A stretch of 64,000 bases of DNA from Antedon mediterranea (lineage: Eukaryota > Animalia > Echinodermata), in contig NC_092678.1 in assembly GCF_964355755.1 (NCBI RefSeq), forward strand, positions 8,386,422 through 8,450,421, read 5' to 3'. This document shows, one piece after another, positions 42,201 to 53,434 of this stretch (position 1 is the stretch's first letter; each line of letters starts with the position of its first letter). The position numbers were made by a program, and so were the translations under genes. Under the pieces are notes generated by a model. That model was not told the DNA's origin. It did no database searches and saw nothing but the letters and a program-made list of their open reading frames with translations.

Positions 42201-45200
42201 TACTACATTTTTCTCGATTATTTATAAAAACAACGTAGCCTACACCTACACCCGCCGCCATGGAAGGCAACAATACACCACCAACATAACGATCCAGCAT
42301 GGTCGTCGTCTTTTTCACGCATGCTTTTCGTGACGTGAGGGACGAACTGATCGAAAGGTGAAGAGTTCATTCATTATGAAATAACGCGTAATTAAAAGGG
42401 AAAAAATCGTTTAGTTTTATTATTATCCATAAATATATCATTATCATGTATTATATTATAAATTAATTATTGTGATGCCTAACGTAACCCATGCAGAGAA
42501 AAGCGTTAAATATAATAACCAAGAAATAGGAATGACCAATTTGATGACAATAGGCAATTTTAGGCGTTTTCTTTAAAATCAAAACCTGTGCCATACCATA
42601 TTATTCACGCCAAGGTGTAACCCACAGATATTTGAATAACCAAACAATTCAGAATAAAGAACCACTTTATTCTGATGCAAGACAATATATTATTACAGGC
42701 GAGGTTTAGGCGTTTTCTCTGTAACATACTATTGTTTTGTTTCTTAATATAATTATATTGGCCTCCTCCTGAAACTGTATGAATGGGATGGGAGTTGCGA
42801 GAATATGCGAGCGAACAGCCAACATTTAAATCAGTTTACAGTGTGATGCTTTTCAAAACGCGCAACGTTTTCAACGCGTTCAACGCTATGGGATTCAATT
42901 GTTTAACGTCGTCAATGAACGGTCAACGGGTTCAACACATTCAACACGCTCTATTGTTAACGTATTCAAAACGCTTTTTGTACTTAAAAATGTAATGTTG
43001 TTCGATTTATAAAGATTTAAATTGGTTCATGGGTGTCGGACACGTCAAATTTTTTAGTTCTTTCAAATTACATTACAACAAACAATGGGACAATTATAAA
43101 ATAAAAACCAAAATAGAGAAACAATATTTTAACTTTATCTCTTGAATCTCGAACAGCTAAAAAATGTAGGCCTAAATAAAATTAATTACTTCGTCGTCAT
43201 TAACGATCGTTAAATACGTCATAACACACGTGGTGTTTTTCTTGAGGAAACCAGGGTGGCGGCCTCGTGTGTTGATGTCAGTAATTTCCACGTTGTTTGA
43301 TTTTACGACGTGAGATCGTGTTTTCCCCCGGAAGGCCTACAGTACAGTGTTAACTGTTAGACTTGGCATCGACCTTATTATTCGATGTTTTCCTTCACTA
43401 AACACTGGGAAATATCACTGTGTGTTTTACTTGGTAACTGTCCGTTCAATACTTAAAAATATATCTAAGCTTCATATATATTTTTTATTTATATTAAAAT
43501 ATCTGGTAGTGACTGCCGATAGGTATTTTGCCTGTTGTTGTTACTGATCGTTCAGGCGTGCAATCGGCCAGTCTAGCGCTGCAGCAGCTAGCGTTGAAAT
43601 AACTAATTGTTTACTTGACATGCTGATAATGACTTTCGTTGAATAAACAACTAAACGTTGAAAGCCGTTCAACGCAACGCAAACACAACGCAACGACAAC
43701 GTGTTGAATGCGTTGGGATTTTTGCAATAATTCTGTCCTGTACTGTAGCGAACGTCCAGTCCCATCCAGAAACGATGCCGAGAAAAAAATATCGTAAACA
43801 ATTCATTCTAAATATAGCATCAGGACGTTCAATCGGTCGCTCAAAAAGACTGCCGACAGAAGACCGTAATTAATACAGACCTAGTTTTTTTTTGGTCACA
43901 TGGCATGAAACGCGATACTCTGCTTACCGCAATCTCTCACATGTTTTTTTTACTCAGTACGAGCACGAGAGGGTGGCTACCGTCTGACGATGATAAAACA
44001 GTAATTAAGATCGTGTACCTGGATTTTGTGTCACATGACATGAAACATAATACTCTCTCTAAACTGCTCAGCTCACATGTTTTTTCCCCCTCCAAATTCT
44101 GGTCGGGCCTTTTTCTTTATACATGTCGTAATCATTTTAAAAGGCCTATTATGTAATATGTTAAATCTTAATATGGAATATATATTTATTTTGCATATAT
44201 TTTGTTGGTGTCCTAGCCTAGGTGTCGTTGTTTTTATAATTTGCTAACCCAACAAGGTAGGAATAAATAATTTATAGTGTAGGCCGCCGAAACAGGCTAG
44301 GCCTACCTAGCATCGACTCTCTCTACGTGAGCTGAGGTTCACCGGCCCGATGTCGTTTTGTCGGCGGATTTCCGTCCAAATTAGGATAACCGATGCGTAG
44401 GGCGGCTACAAAAATTGACCTACTATCTTTAGGTAGGATTTTAATTAGCAAACAATACATTGTTTGTTTGCATTGTCCATGCTTCTACAAACCACCCTAC
44501 GATCGAGGCGTAGCCTAGATTTCATAACAATACATCGTAGGCTACGAACAATACATCGTAGGCCTAGGCTAAGAACAATACATCGTAGGCTACGAACAAT
44601 ACATCGTAGGAGAGAACAATACATCGTAGGCTACGAACAATACATCGTAGGAGAGAACAATGACCTACGTTCTACCTACGATCTACCTACGAAAGCCTAC
44701 GCATAGATACGAAGCAGTAATTTCTTTCTGTACTGTATCTGTCGTTTAGCAAAGTTCTGTATTGTACAAAACCTACACAGGATCCAATTAACATCTTGTT
44801 TGCACTCTCTGAGAAAATTTGAACTTTGTCAAATTTGAACTTTATCTAACTTTATCTTCGACGTTCAAATCACCTAGTGGAAAACAAGCTTTACATTGCA
44901 TTTCTTGTATACTTAATGGTACTTTTTTGTATTTAATTTCACAGTATAAAAGACATAAAATGTATATATGCAGACACAACATTTTGTACTCCAATGGCTA
45001 TGCATATTCCAAGCAGGGTAAGTTTTATTTTTATTTTTTATTTTATTTATTTTATTCAATTTTCAGGCACAACAATACATGACAATACAGCAGTGCAGCA
45101 CCCTGAGGATTGCCATGAGTGCAAAGCACTATCGAGATGGCTCTCCAAATACTGCACTAGAACATATAAGACAAACATATACACAAGATGCTCTACATAG

Positions 45201-48200
45201 ACAAAGACTTATTATTAAGTCTTTGGGAGTGGAGTTGTAAATTGTCATGAAAAAAAACCCCTGACATATGACAGGACTTGAACCCAGGACCCTTAGATTG
45301 GTAGCCAAGCATCATAACCACCAAGCCACAGCTCCACTCCCAAGTTGTGTATCTCATTAAAGGGAAGTATGTAGAAATGGTGTCGGAACAAAATGCAATT
45401 TGCCTGAGAAAAATACAAACAATTATCTGTAATGGTTTATGTAAAGGAATAGGTTATGATACTCTTTGTACAACAAGTTTGGATTATTAATATTGTAATG
45501 ATTTTGAGAATGATTATAGATTAATTTATTTGAAAAATGTTAAATTGTCGTATGCATGCTTAACAAGTTTAATATTTAAAATCAAAACTTGACATGATCT
45601 GTATTATAACTTTATTTAAAAGTTGGTGAGGGCATGATGTTGCATTCTCCTCCGTTTTTTAAGAGAGGGTTTGAATATAAAAATTGTAATTTACTTTTTC
45701 TTATTTATTTCACAATAGGAACAATCACTTGACTCTTTACTGGATCTTGTGGGCAGGTAAAATTAAAAAAAAATAACCTTTTAGTAACCGTGTTAAAAAA
45801 TTAACACCAATTTGTTGGCAGCTAGATTGTACATTCTTTCTTTCAGGCATATATCGAAAAGTAAAGAAAACCATGTGAAAATGGTGTGCAGAGCAAAGTA
45901 CGGCTATGAGTATTTATTTGTTGAACTGAGCAAAGCATTCAATATGAAGGTAAAGATATTGAATTTTTATAAACAGGAAGACAAAATAAATATAACACCT
46001 ACATATACAGACGTACCTATAGTAGAATACTGATATGTACCGAAGAAACACCATCACAATCACATCACTTAAAGATAGGATAGATATGCAGGGCTGCAAA
46101 TTAAGGGGTATTTGGTTGCATTTGCGACATAATTTTTCTGTTTGCGACTAAAGAAACAGAATAGGTCGCGCATAGCACGACAAGATCGTCTGCTTGCGCG
46201 AGTTGTTTCAAATTGAAGTCAGGTGTGTTTTCCCTATTTCAAACACTATGTTGTAATTTAATCTCTCTACTACGGAAGGCTCAGAAGTTTCCACTAGTCA
46301 CCGCCACCGCAAAGGAGTCTGGTTCATTCAATTCAATCGGTCGCTCAAAAAGACTGCCGACAGAAGACCGTAATTAATACAGACCTAGTTTCTTGGTCAC
46401 ATGTCATGAAACGCGATACTCTGTTTTACCACCGCAAACCTCTCGCACGTTTTTTTACTCGGTACGAGAGGTGGCTACAAAACAGTGTACCTGAATTTTG
46501 CGTCACATGAAACGTAATACAGCTCTAAACTAAACCACAATTCGCACGTTTTTCTCCTTCAAATTCTGGTCGGGCCTTTTGTCGTAATAATAATTTACAA
46601 AGGCCTATGTTAAATCTTAACATGGAATATATATTTATTTTGCATATATTTTGTTGGTGTCCTAGCCAAGGTGTTGTTGTTTTTATAATTCGCTAAACCA
46701 AGGTAGGATTGAATCATAGGCCGCCGAAACTCTCTCTGCGTGAGCTGAGGGCATCGGGCCCGATGTCGTCTCGTCGGCGGATGTCCTGCCAAATTAGGAC
46801 AACCGATGTGTAGGGCGGCTACAAAAATTAACGTCTAGGATTTTAATTAGCCAACAATACATGTTTTTTTCCATTGTTCATGCTCCTAACATTGGTGGTG
46901 TTTACAAATTACTAACCCTACGAACCACTCTACGATCGATGCGTAGATATTATCATAAAACATACGTCGTAGGCAACGAACAATACTTTGGAAATTGCAG
47001 AACGTTTAGCGAACAACAATGACCTACGATCTATTTACGCGTAGGCTACGAAAGGTTACGCGTATATACAAAGCAGTAATTTCTTTCTGTACCGTAAAAA
47101 TAATAGATCTTGCGTGAATATAAGTGGCGCATCAGGACCAGTGCCTAAATATCCCCCCCCCCAAGCGGGGCCATTGGCGGCCCCCTGACCCCCAGCCTAA
47201 GGTTGTATTTCATTTTTATACCCCCCCCCCCCCCCTCCCTCCCCCCCCCCCCACTAAACTTAAACGGATCTGCGCGGATGGGGTTTGAGGGAAGGGGTTA
47301 GTTGTCGATGAAAAGGTGCTACAAAAAAAATTGGTGGTGCTACCAAAAATTATTATGAGCCATCATACAAATTTGATAGTGCTACCAAGTAAAAAAGTTA
47401 ATTTGCAGCCCTGATATGATAGACATACTGTACTAAGTATCGCCAATCTTCTGTGGAGAAATATTATTTTCTTTCCCAAATGACAAAGGACCTTAGCTTA
47501 ACGGGGAAAAAATAAATAAACCAGCAATTTTCCTAACTAACCAACAAATTGACTAAAGCTTTGTCTACACTATCAAACTAGTTTGACAAAAAAGTGTGAT
47601 GTGCCCAAATATGGTAGTGTTATGACATCATCATGTCCATATACGGGCACATCACATTTTTTTGTCACATAAAGTTTGATAGTGTAGACAAGGCTTAAGA
47701 AAACAGAACAGGAAAAAAAGCCTGAAAACGGAATCTTGCCATCAAGTTTCATAATGATGTAAGCATCTAACTATAATGCCTAACAAACTGTATCGACAAA
47801 AAACATCAATTAATATTTTTTTTTGAATTGAAATATATATTTATACTGGGTAACCTCTTCAGTCAAAGACTGGTCTCCCAGAGGGCCCAGTTGGTGATCA
47901 GTGGCTGTGATGTACTAATACACCGGGGTAACCCCCTACTCGTCTCGAAAGATGTACTAGGTTCTTTAAAGTGCACACGAGCTAGATGTGTACACTGGAC
48001 CTACGGTTTATAGTCCTTATCCGAGAAGACTCGTTCTACCACCAGAACCATGGAGTGAGTGAGCCTCGAACCCATGCCGATGTTATGGCTACGTAATTGC
48101 GGTTCCACTGTCTTAACCGCTCGGCCACTCACTCACTCACTTTTATACTTATCAACTTCCTCAATGTTACTGGAATTATAATATGACCTTTACCCTTTAT

Positions 48201-50115
48201 CTTGCTCTTTCTCATCCAGGTTCATGTGTCTTCATATATGATGATGCATTATCAGACAGTGTCAGAGTTAGCAAGTCACATGACATCAGACGGTACAAGC
48301 ACACAACTACATGCATGTGGCTATACCACCTGCAATGTAGCCGACACTGGTAATACGATAGTCATCAAGCCTAGCACAATGTGGTTTACAAGCAATGCCC
48401 AACCTGAGGACATTCTTAAGTAAGTCTAATGCTAAGCGAGTCGAAATGAGTGAGTTGTCGAGAGGTTAAAACATTGGAACCGTAATCCATAGCCTTATGG
48501 CAAGGGTTCGATGGTCACTCACTCCATGGTCAGATGAACCCAATCCATGTACAGCATAGGTCTATAAAGACAATCATTGCTGCTTGTGTCTCAAAATCAA
48601 AATATATTTACCATCAAAAGGCATGGTCCAGGTCCCTGCCACAGTGTGTTGACTCTTCAGCCACCCCTAGTCTTCCGTCCCGAATCAAAAGTCCACTATT
48701 TACTATTTTTTAATAATAACCGATAATATTTTAATATAATAAGTATGAGTTTAGTTACATTCATTGCAAATACTAAATTGTGTTTTTTTTTTGTGCAGAA
48801 AAATTGATGATTCCTATTACAGATTGTGCTTTTCATTTCATTCTTCCTACAGTGAGGTAAGCTTTCTTTCCATTCTGCCAACTAAATTTGTAATGATTTA
48901 TAAAATATTACCAATTTTCTTATACAGTTTAAAGTCTAATTGTAGAAATTTAAAGTTTTTAGGTCCAAATACACAAATTCTTTAGTGATTTATTTTGTTT
49001 GAGTTGCATTACTAAATGGGGCAATAACATTTATATCGATTCCCCTAAACAGGTGGTGTAATTTATTACTCTAATCACTTCAGGGTCTTGTGGCCCATAA
49101 GGTTGCAGTATACTCTTAGAGCTCCTTTTGTTTCTGGCAACTTGTTGGCTTGGATTTCCTTTTTCTTTCTCGACATAGTTCTTGGACGAACTATTCCTCG
49201 TCTTTCATGTTTCCATTTCCTTGCTATTATACAATTTCTGGTGTAGTTTTAGCACCATTAAAGCCGTAGTGGTCTAATGGTAGGATGTCTGCCAAGCACA
49301 GTATATTACACAAATAACTACTTAAAAATGAATACTGGGCGGTTTGGAGATTTTATGCCTTATTTTATTCAGATGAAATAATATTGTTTCTAGATTCGTG
49401 ACTTTATTGGGTATCTGAAACCATGGCAGGTGAAAGCAAATGTTATACCAATGAAATGTAGTGAAGAAGACATCATTGAGAGGTAAGAATAGTAGTAGTA
49501 TTGAGGCAAATGAATGAGGTAAAATTGCCTGTATAAAGAGGTAATAGATTTTACCGAATCTTGAATGAAGAAAGGTTTGTTTACAATAAAAAACACTTGA
49601 CTCCCGTTATTAATATTGTTAAACTTCAGTCCCCATGCTGCATGCTGTCAACACTAGATTGTAGTAGCTTTCAAAAGGTAAAATATATGCGGTCCAGACC
49701 GGACTTAATATTTAAACTTTAGTAACAGGTTCTTCATAATTTACAGTGTGTATCAAAATATGTATTAAAAAAAAGTAAACGAGGGAATTTCCATCTTTGG
49801 GCAGAGAATGAGCGTAACAAAAAGCAGAAATGTCAATCATTTTGTAGTCGAAGTGTTAATTAATGATTTTAATAGAAGGCACTTTTTCCGAACCTTCTAA
49901 TTTACGAACACCTCTCAGAACAAGGGTATGTAAATGAGAAGGTTGACTGTACTAACCAATTTACATTGAGGCAAAATAACATTACTTTGATAGACTGTCT
50001 GATTTGGTGAGAGTTCCTGTTGTTTCAACAAACGCATCATGTTCAATTAAAACGGAAAATCTTTACAAACCACTGGGGTCGCTGAAAAAGAAGCCTGCGA
50101 AGAGGAAACAAAAAG
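27163..50115 (+). CDS. DCLRE1C: Artemis (DNA cross-link repair 1C; MBL/beta-CASP hairpin-opening nuclease), 12 coding exons; terminal exon uncertain
   Basis: Exons 27163-27274, 31832-31883, 37353-37494, 40146-40201, 40904-41005, 44945-45017, 45719-45756, 45847-45949, 48220-48419, 48799-48856, 49394-49482, 49994-50115 (1147 nt, in frame, GT-AG). Motifs: [74 protein letters not shown]. Confidence 0.97.
27467..28128. mobile_element. MULE-type MITE
   Basis: 9-bp TSD TATACAGTA (27458-27466, 28129-28137); ~80-bp TIR CGCCGTGGTTAGGATTCCGGCACCGGAACT... Confidence 0.85.
28673..29474 (-). mobile_element. 5'-truncated Penelope-like retroelement (GIY-YIG endonuclease part) with inverted pLTR
   Basis: [61 protein letters not shown]; ~130-bp inverted repeat (28673-28801 vs 29313-29443); 12-bp TSD TTACTAATTATA (28661-28672, 29475-29486). 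Confidence 0.92.
29341..29383 (+). ncRNA. Minimal hammerhead ribozyme motif of the Penelope pLTR (second copy 28732-28774 on - strand)
   Basis: TTAGT-CTGAAGC-A-GCTGAC agatt GTCGGC-GAAA-CGTC-ACGAA; core differs from CUGANGA by one base. Confidence 0.6.
29898..31336 (+). mobile_element. Non-autonomous TIR element X (TA TSD), copy 1
   Basis: TA|CAGTACAGAAAGAAAATACTGC ... GCAGTAATTTCTTTCTGTACTG|TA; subterminal ACAATACATCGTAGG repeats; near-identical copy at 41275-44735. Confidence 0.9.
31832..31883 (+). CDS. DCLRE1C: Artemis exon 2
   Basis: [17 protein letters not shown], 52 nt. Confidence 0.93.
32160..33183. mobile_element. Non-autonomous hAT-like element with 6-bp TSD (hAT6-type)
   Basis: AGATTG|CAGGGCTCGATTTA ... 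TAAATCAAGCCCTG|AGATTG; ACTAGCC subterminal repeats. Confidence 0.82.
33309..34149. mobile_element. pogo/Tc2-type MITE
   Basis: TA|CCGTATATTTCGGTGTATAAGTCGCAC ... GTGCGACTTATACACCGAAATATACGG|TA; internal TATAAGACGCACC repeats. Confidence 0.9.
34245..34930 (+). mobile_element. Decayed CR1/L2/jockey-group LINE 3' end (RT C-terminus)
   Basis: [55 protein letters not shown] with frameshifts and stops; A-rich tail at ~36970 after a later insertion. Confidence 0.85.
34935..36896. mobile_element. Non-autonomous TIR element with 7-bp TSD (hATw-like)
   Basis: CTGATAG|TAGGTATCCCAATGAAA ... TTTCATTGGGATACCTA|CTGATAG. Confidence 0.75.
37353..37494 (+). CDS. DCLRE1C: Artemis exon 3
   Basis: [17 protein letters not shown]...ENYSK. 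Confidence 0.93.
37535..39803. mobile_element. hAT-like element with 5-bp TSD (hAT5-type), copy 1, carrying an X-family insert (~37820-39170)
   Basis: TAATG|CAGGGCTGCAAATTAA ... TTAATTTGCAGCCCTG|TAATG. Confidence 0.85.
40146..40201 (+). CDS. DCLRE1C: Artemis exon 4
   Basis: [19 protein letters not shown], 56 nt. Confidence 0.95.
40469..40778 (-). mobile_element. tRNA-derived SINE (Deu/Nin-like core), full length
   Basis: Minus strand A-box TGGTCGAGCGG, B-box GGTTCGAGGCT, core AAAGAACC..TTCGAGACGAGTAGGGGG..CCCCGGTGTA, AT tail; near-identical copy at 47828. Confidence 0.85.
40904..41005 (+). CDS. DCLRE1C: Artemis exon 5
   Basis: [33 protein letters not shown], 102 nt. Confidence 0.95.
41275..44735 (+). 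mobile_element. Element X copy 2, interrupted by element Z
   Basis: Same TIRs and TA TSD as 29898-31336; colinear except for the insert. Confidence 0.9.
41689..43745. mobile_element. Non-autonomous TIR element Z (TA TSD)
   Basis: TIR CAGTAC(C/A)GGACAGAATTATTGCA; empty site ATAATATA-GCGAAC seen in X copy 1 (~30299-30312); CAACG/CGTTG subterminal repeats. Confidence 0.9.
44945..45017 (+). CDS. DCLRE1C: Artemis exon 6
   Basis: [24 protein letters not shown], 73 nt. Confidence 0.95.
45226..45340 (-). repeat. tRNA-like SINE head fragment
   Basis: Minus strand GCTGTGGCTTGGTGGTTA...GGGTTCAAGTCCTG. Confidence 0.55.
45719..45756 (+). CDS. DCLRE1C: Artemis exon 7
   Basis: [12 protein letters not shown], 38 nt. 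Confidence 0.85.
45847..45949 (+). CDS. DCLRE1C: Artemis exon 8
   Basis: [34 protein letters not shown]. Confidence 0.93.
46089..47413. mobile_element. hAT5-type element copy 2 (opposite orientation, internally deleted)
   Basis: ATATG|CAGGGCTGCAAATTAA ... TTAATTTGCAGCCCTG|ATATG; shares internal sequence and X insert with copy 1. Confidence 0.85.
47557..47695. mobile_element. Harbinger-type 139-bp MITE
   Basis: TAA|AGCTTTGTCTACACTATCAAACT ... AGTTTGATAGTGTAGACAAGGCT|TAA; decayed copies at ~12890-13015, ~21600-21695, ~39925-40030. Confidence 0.8.
47828..48141 (-). mobile_element. tRNA-derived SINE, second full-length copy
   Basis: Near-identical to 40469-40778; a decayed + copy follows at ~48435-48570. 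Confidence 0.85.
48220..48419 (+). CDS. DCLRE1C: Artemis exon 9
   Basis: VHVSS...[11 protein letters not shown]...IKPSTMWF... Confidence 0.93.
48799..48856 (+). CDS. DCLRE1C: Artemis exon 10
   Basis: [19 protein letters not shown]. Confidence 0.95.
49394..49482 (+). CDS. DCLRE1C: Artemis exon 11
   Basis: [19 protein letters not shown]..., 89 nt. Confidence 0.93.
49994..50115 (+). CDS. DCLRE1C: Artemis exon 12
   Basis: LSDLVR...[18 protein letters not shown]|gtgagt, phase 1. Confidence 0.9.
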
Positions 50116-50308
50116 GTGAGTTCAGAGCTTCTTGATTCTTGTTCTCGGTACTGTATCTACAGTTTTTCCAGTATCATGACAAATATGGTGATACAGCATC
50201 ACAAGTGTACTGATTGATTATTGTATTACTAATGGCTGAAATGTTCGTTAGAATGGTTTTCATGTACTATTGGATTGTTTTTATAGCATATTCTAAAGGA
50301 ACAATATA

Positions 50309-50486
50309 CAGTAGAAACCCTATTCAGGGAACACCTTCAGAACCAACAAAATTCTAGCATAACTATTACCCTCCTGTAATATTAAAACATATATTTCTGT
50401 GGAAGTGAGTTAAATTATAGAAATATACTCTTAATAGAATAGAGGTGTCCCTTTAATATAGATTCCCCCCAATAGAGGTTCTACTG
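50309..50486. mobile_element. Tc1/pogo-type MITE
   Basis: TA|CAGTAGAAACCCTATT ... AATAGAGGTTCTACTG. Confidence 0.6.
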
Positions 50487-51267
50487 TGTTTTTGCAGGTA
50501 ATGGTGTTTTTTTATTTCTGTATATCCACAGAAAACAGAATTCTTTTCTATTAGAGTTGCTGTTGAGTTGTAACATGTTTTATGACTAATGAGCGCCCTT
50601 TTGACCAAAAGATTTTGGTCTCATCCCATGCAACGCACCGAATCACTGCTGTAGAATACCAGATTGTTTCATTTGATGTTAAAAAGAAAATGTTTTATAC
50701 AGATTTTCTGTAAGCTCAAGAAGAAGAAAATCGTGGGTCATAGCAATGTATAGAAGCTAAGCAATGTACTATCTTATTTTAAGCTTAGTTTAGTAGGCAG
50801 TCTAAGTGTACTCCGGCCTATGATGTATGGAAACTATGACATCAAAGGAAAGTTCAGTGTCGCAAAGCAATTTTGGTACTGTAAATAATTGCTTTGCGAC
50901 AAATGTGTATTGTAATTATAAATGTGCATTTAAAAACAATAACAACACACATCATCGGGTAATGTATATAACAGCTCGAAAATCAATTTAAATATATTAC
51001 ATTTTTTATGGCTACTGTATATATTTTAATTATTAAGCAGAAGCCATATTGAATAACTACAACATTTACCGCAAATCAAGGTTAATGCTTCATTTAATCT
51101 GCTAATTCCAGTGTGAAAATAGACCTGTTGCCTGTCCCCTCTTGAAAATAATGTCACAACTTAAAATAGTGTGCCATTTGTTGGCCAGTTCTTCAAAACC
51201 TGTTTTAAAACAAGTTTAAGGGTAATGAGTCTAGCAGAAACGACCGATTCAGGTAAAAAATTCTAAG

Positions 51268-51568
51268 AACAAGGCCATATAGATGGCTGCAGTTGCGTGC
51301 TCATTAGTGTTTATTTAATTGTGATTCATGGTTGTGAAGATATGATTACAAACGTGATTTCGTTAAATCGTGCGTAGACCGCATAATTTTTATTGCGCAC
51401 CGTGAAAACATAACCACATCGATTCCTGGCCATAAGGAATATACTGTGCAAAATTATCTTAGCTAGATTAAACTGATACCAAGATAAGGTCAGAAAGCGA
51501 TAAAACGCATAGTGATACCGGACCGACAGACCGAGTGAACTATAGAGTTGCGTCCACGCGACTAAAAA
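51268..51568. mobile_element. Helentron/HINE-like short element
   Basis: AACAAGGCC...AGTTGCGTG start; GACCGACAGACC microsatellite-like tract; AGTTGCGTCCACGCGACT hairpin + AAAAA end. Confidence 0.5.
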
Positions 51569-52429
51569 TAACCATCCAATTTTTAAAGGATTTACTCTTA
51601 TATCAACAGTATTTCAGAAATGGGCATTTGAATCTGGTAATGATACTGGCAATTTTTTACTTTTATTTTATAAAAAATGGGTTTTTTGTTTCCCGTACAC
51701 ATTCTCCGCAGCAAGGTATGTACAGCATGATGTGTAATGTTAAATTCAGTTTGTTTTGTCTTTGTAATTGATTTAAATAGCTATCAAAATCAGTTTCAAA
51801 TTCATTTAGTGCTTAGGTTGTTTTCTTATCTATGGTGGGAAATCTTTGTGGTTGTCTTAAGAATGCGTTTTTTTAACATAAAAATCATTAAAAAGGAAGA
51901 TGGAATGTGGTTTCAAGAAACAAAGAAGTCTTGTATGAAAGAGACTCCAGTTTTGGTTCTTGGTTTATTTTACCCAAATTGTCTTGTTTGTAGGCATTAA
52001 CTCCTGGGGTCTCCATTCCTGGAGTCTCTGGGTTTTTATGAACTTCTTAGCCTATAGTCAATAACCTTCTCAACCCTAGGCTTACAGACTTTATCCAGGA
52101 TAATACACTAACTAAGCTGGGCTGCTGCCTTTGTCTTACTCAACATACAGTATTTCCGTTTTCTGCATCATTCATCTAGTTTTCTTTTATTTCTTTATAC
52201 GAAAAGTATTAGCTTCTGAATTCCATAATTTTTTCTAGTTTAGGGATTTTGTTTGTTTATTTATTAATCTGGATCCATACTGATGTATAATTGTTGCTAA
52301 TATTGGATTGAATTTAAATTGTCATCCATTATTAGTTACGGGCCTTACAGAGAATAAATCCTGTCGATATATGATGCCACACATAATGTGTTAATATTGT
52401 TCCATCCTGATGTATAATCTGTTAGTTCC

Positions 52430-52555
52430 ATAATACGATTGTCTGTTGTCTTGAAATCTTACAAACTTGGTTTTGTCAATAATTGTGATGAGCCACCAGA
52501 ATCAACTAATATTAATAAGCTATGTACATTAATATTGGTGATGATTGGTTCAAAG
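52430..52555 (-). pseudogene. Gypsy-like aspartic protease fragment
   Basis: EPIITNINVHSLLILVDSGGSSQLL (D-S-G motif), followed by stops. Confidence 0.45.
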
Positions 52556-53434
52556 GTTGAAGGTCAACGAATGCTCATCCTCATGGATACTAATGCTATT
52601 CCAAACATAAAACTAAAAAATAGTAATAATATACAACAAAGACATACAGTAATGCTGTTTTGATTATATTGTACAAATTTATTTACAATGTACAGTAACA
52701 TACATTATGTTCAATTTAGGCATGCATATTGCCAACTCTCTGGTGTCAGGTCTCCAAAATGGTCGTATAACTGTAAAGAGTTACTTTTTCTGTCACCATC
52801 CATATCTTGAATAGGCAATTTAGACAGAACCCCAGTAGGCAAATCTCCCTTCAAAAGTTTTATTTCAATTTTCGCTGAATCGCTATATTCTTAGATTTGA
52901 GGTGGTCTGCAGAGAAACAAAAGGGATAACAGTTTTTGATTTCAAGAAGTTTCTTGAAGCTTGGATTTTAAAAACAACTCCTAGTCATATGTTATTGTAT
53001 GGCACCAATTGTTCCCTTTCTCCTAACAAGCATGATTTATGTTTTCTTTTGTGATTTTGTTTAATACTACATCCACAATCATGATACAAACCATTTGAGT
53101 TGTCACCAGAAAAGGAGCCCAGTGTTGATGTTTTGAAAAATGAGATATAATTATAGTAGTATTATTATATATTATATTATATTATTATTAAGGTATAAAA
53201 CTTATTTCGCTTTTTCAAACCAAAGTTAGAAACGGAAAACGAATGCTTGTCAATGGTAGTTAGATAATGCAAGTTGCAGAAGGTTTTGAAGCATAAAGTG
53301 ATCACCATGCAATTCCTTCTGTTGGATAATAGGCAATTCATGCATGTATAGTGCTGCAGATATCATGCATCATCAACACAAGCACATGGGTGGCTAGTGT
53401 CACATGTTCTGTGTTACCATTTCTGCATTTGCGC

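Noticed and set aside
44464-44706. Arg-rich repetitive ORF
   Set aside because: Subterminal repeats of element X
45226-45340. tRNA gene (also 49260-49295, 13040-13060)
   Set aside because: A/B boxes present but no complete cloverleaf; treated as SINE heads
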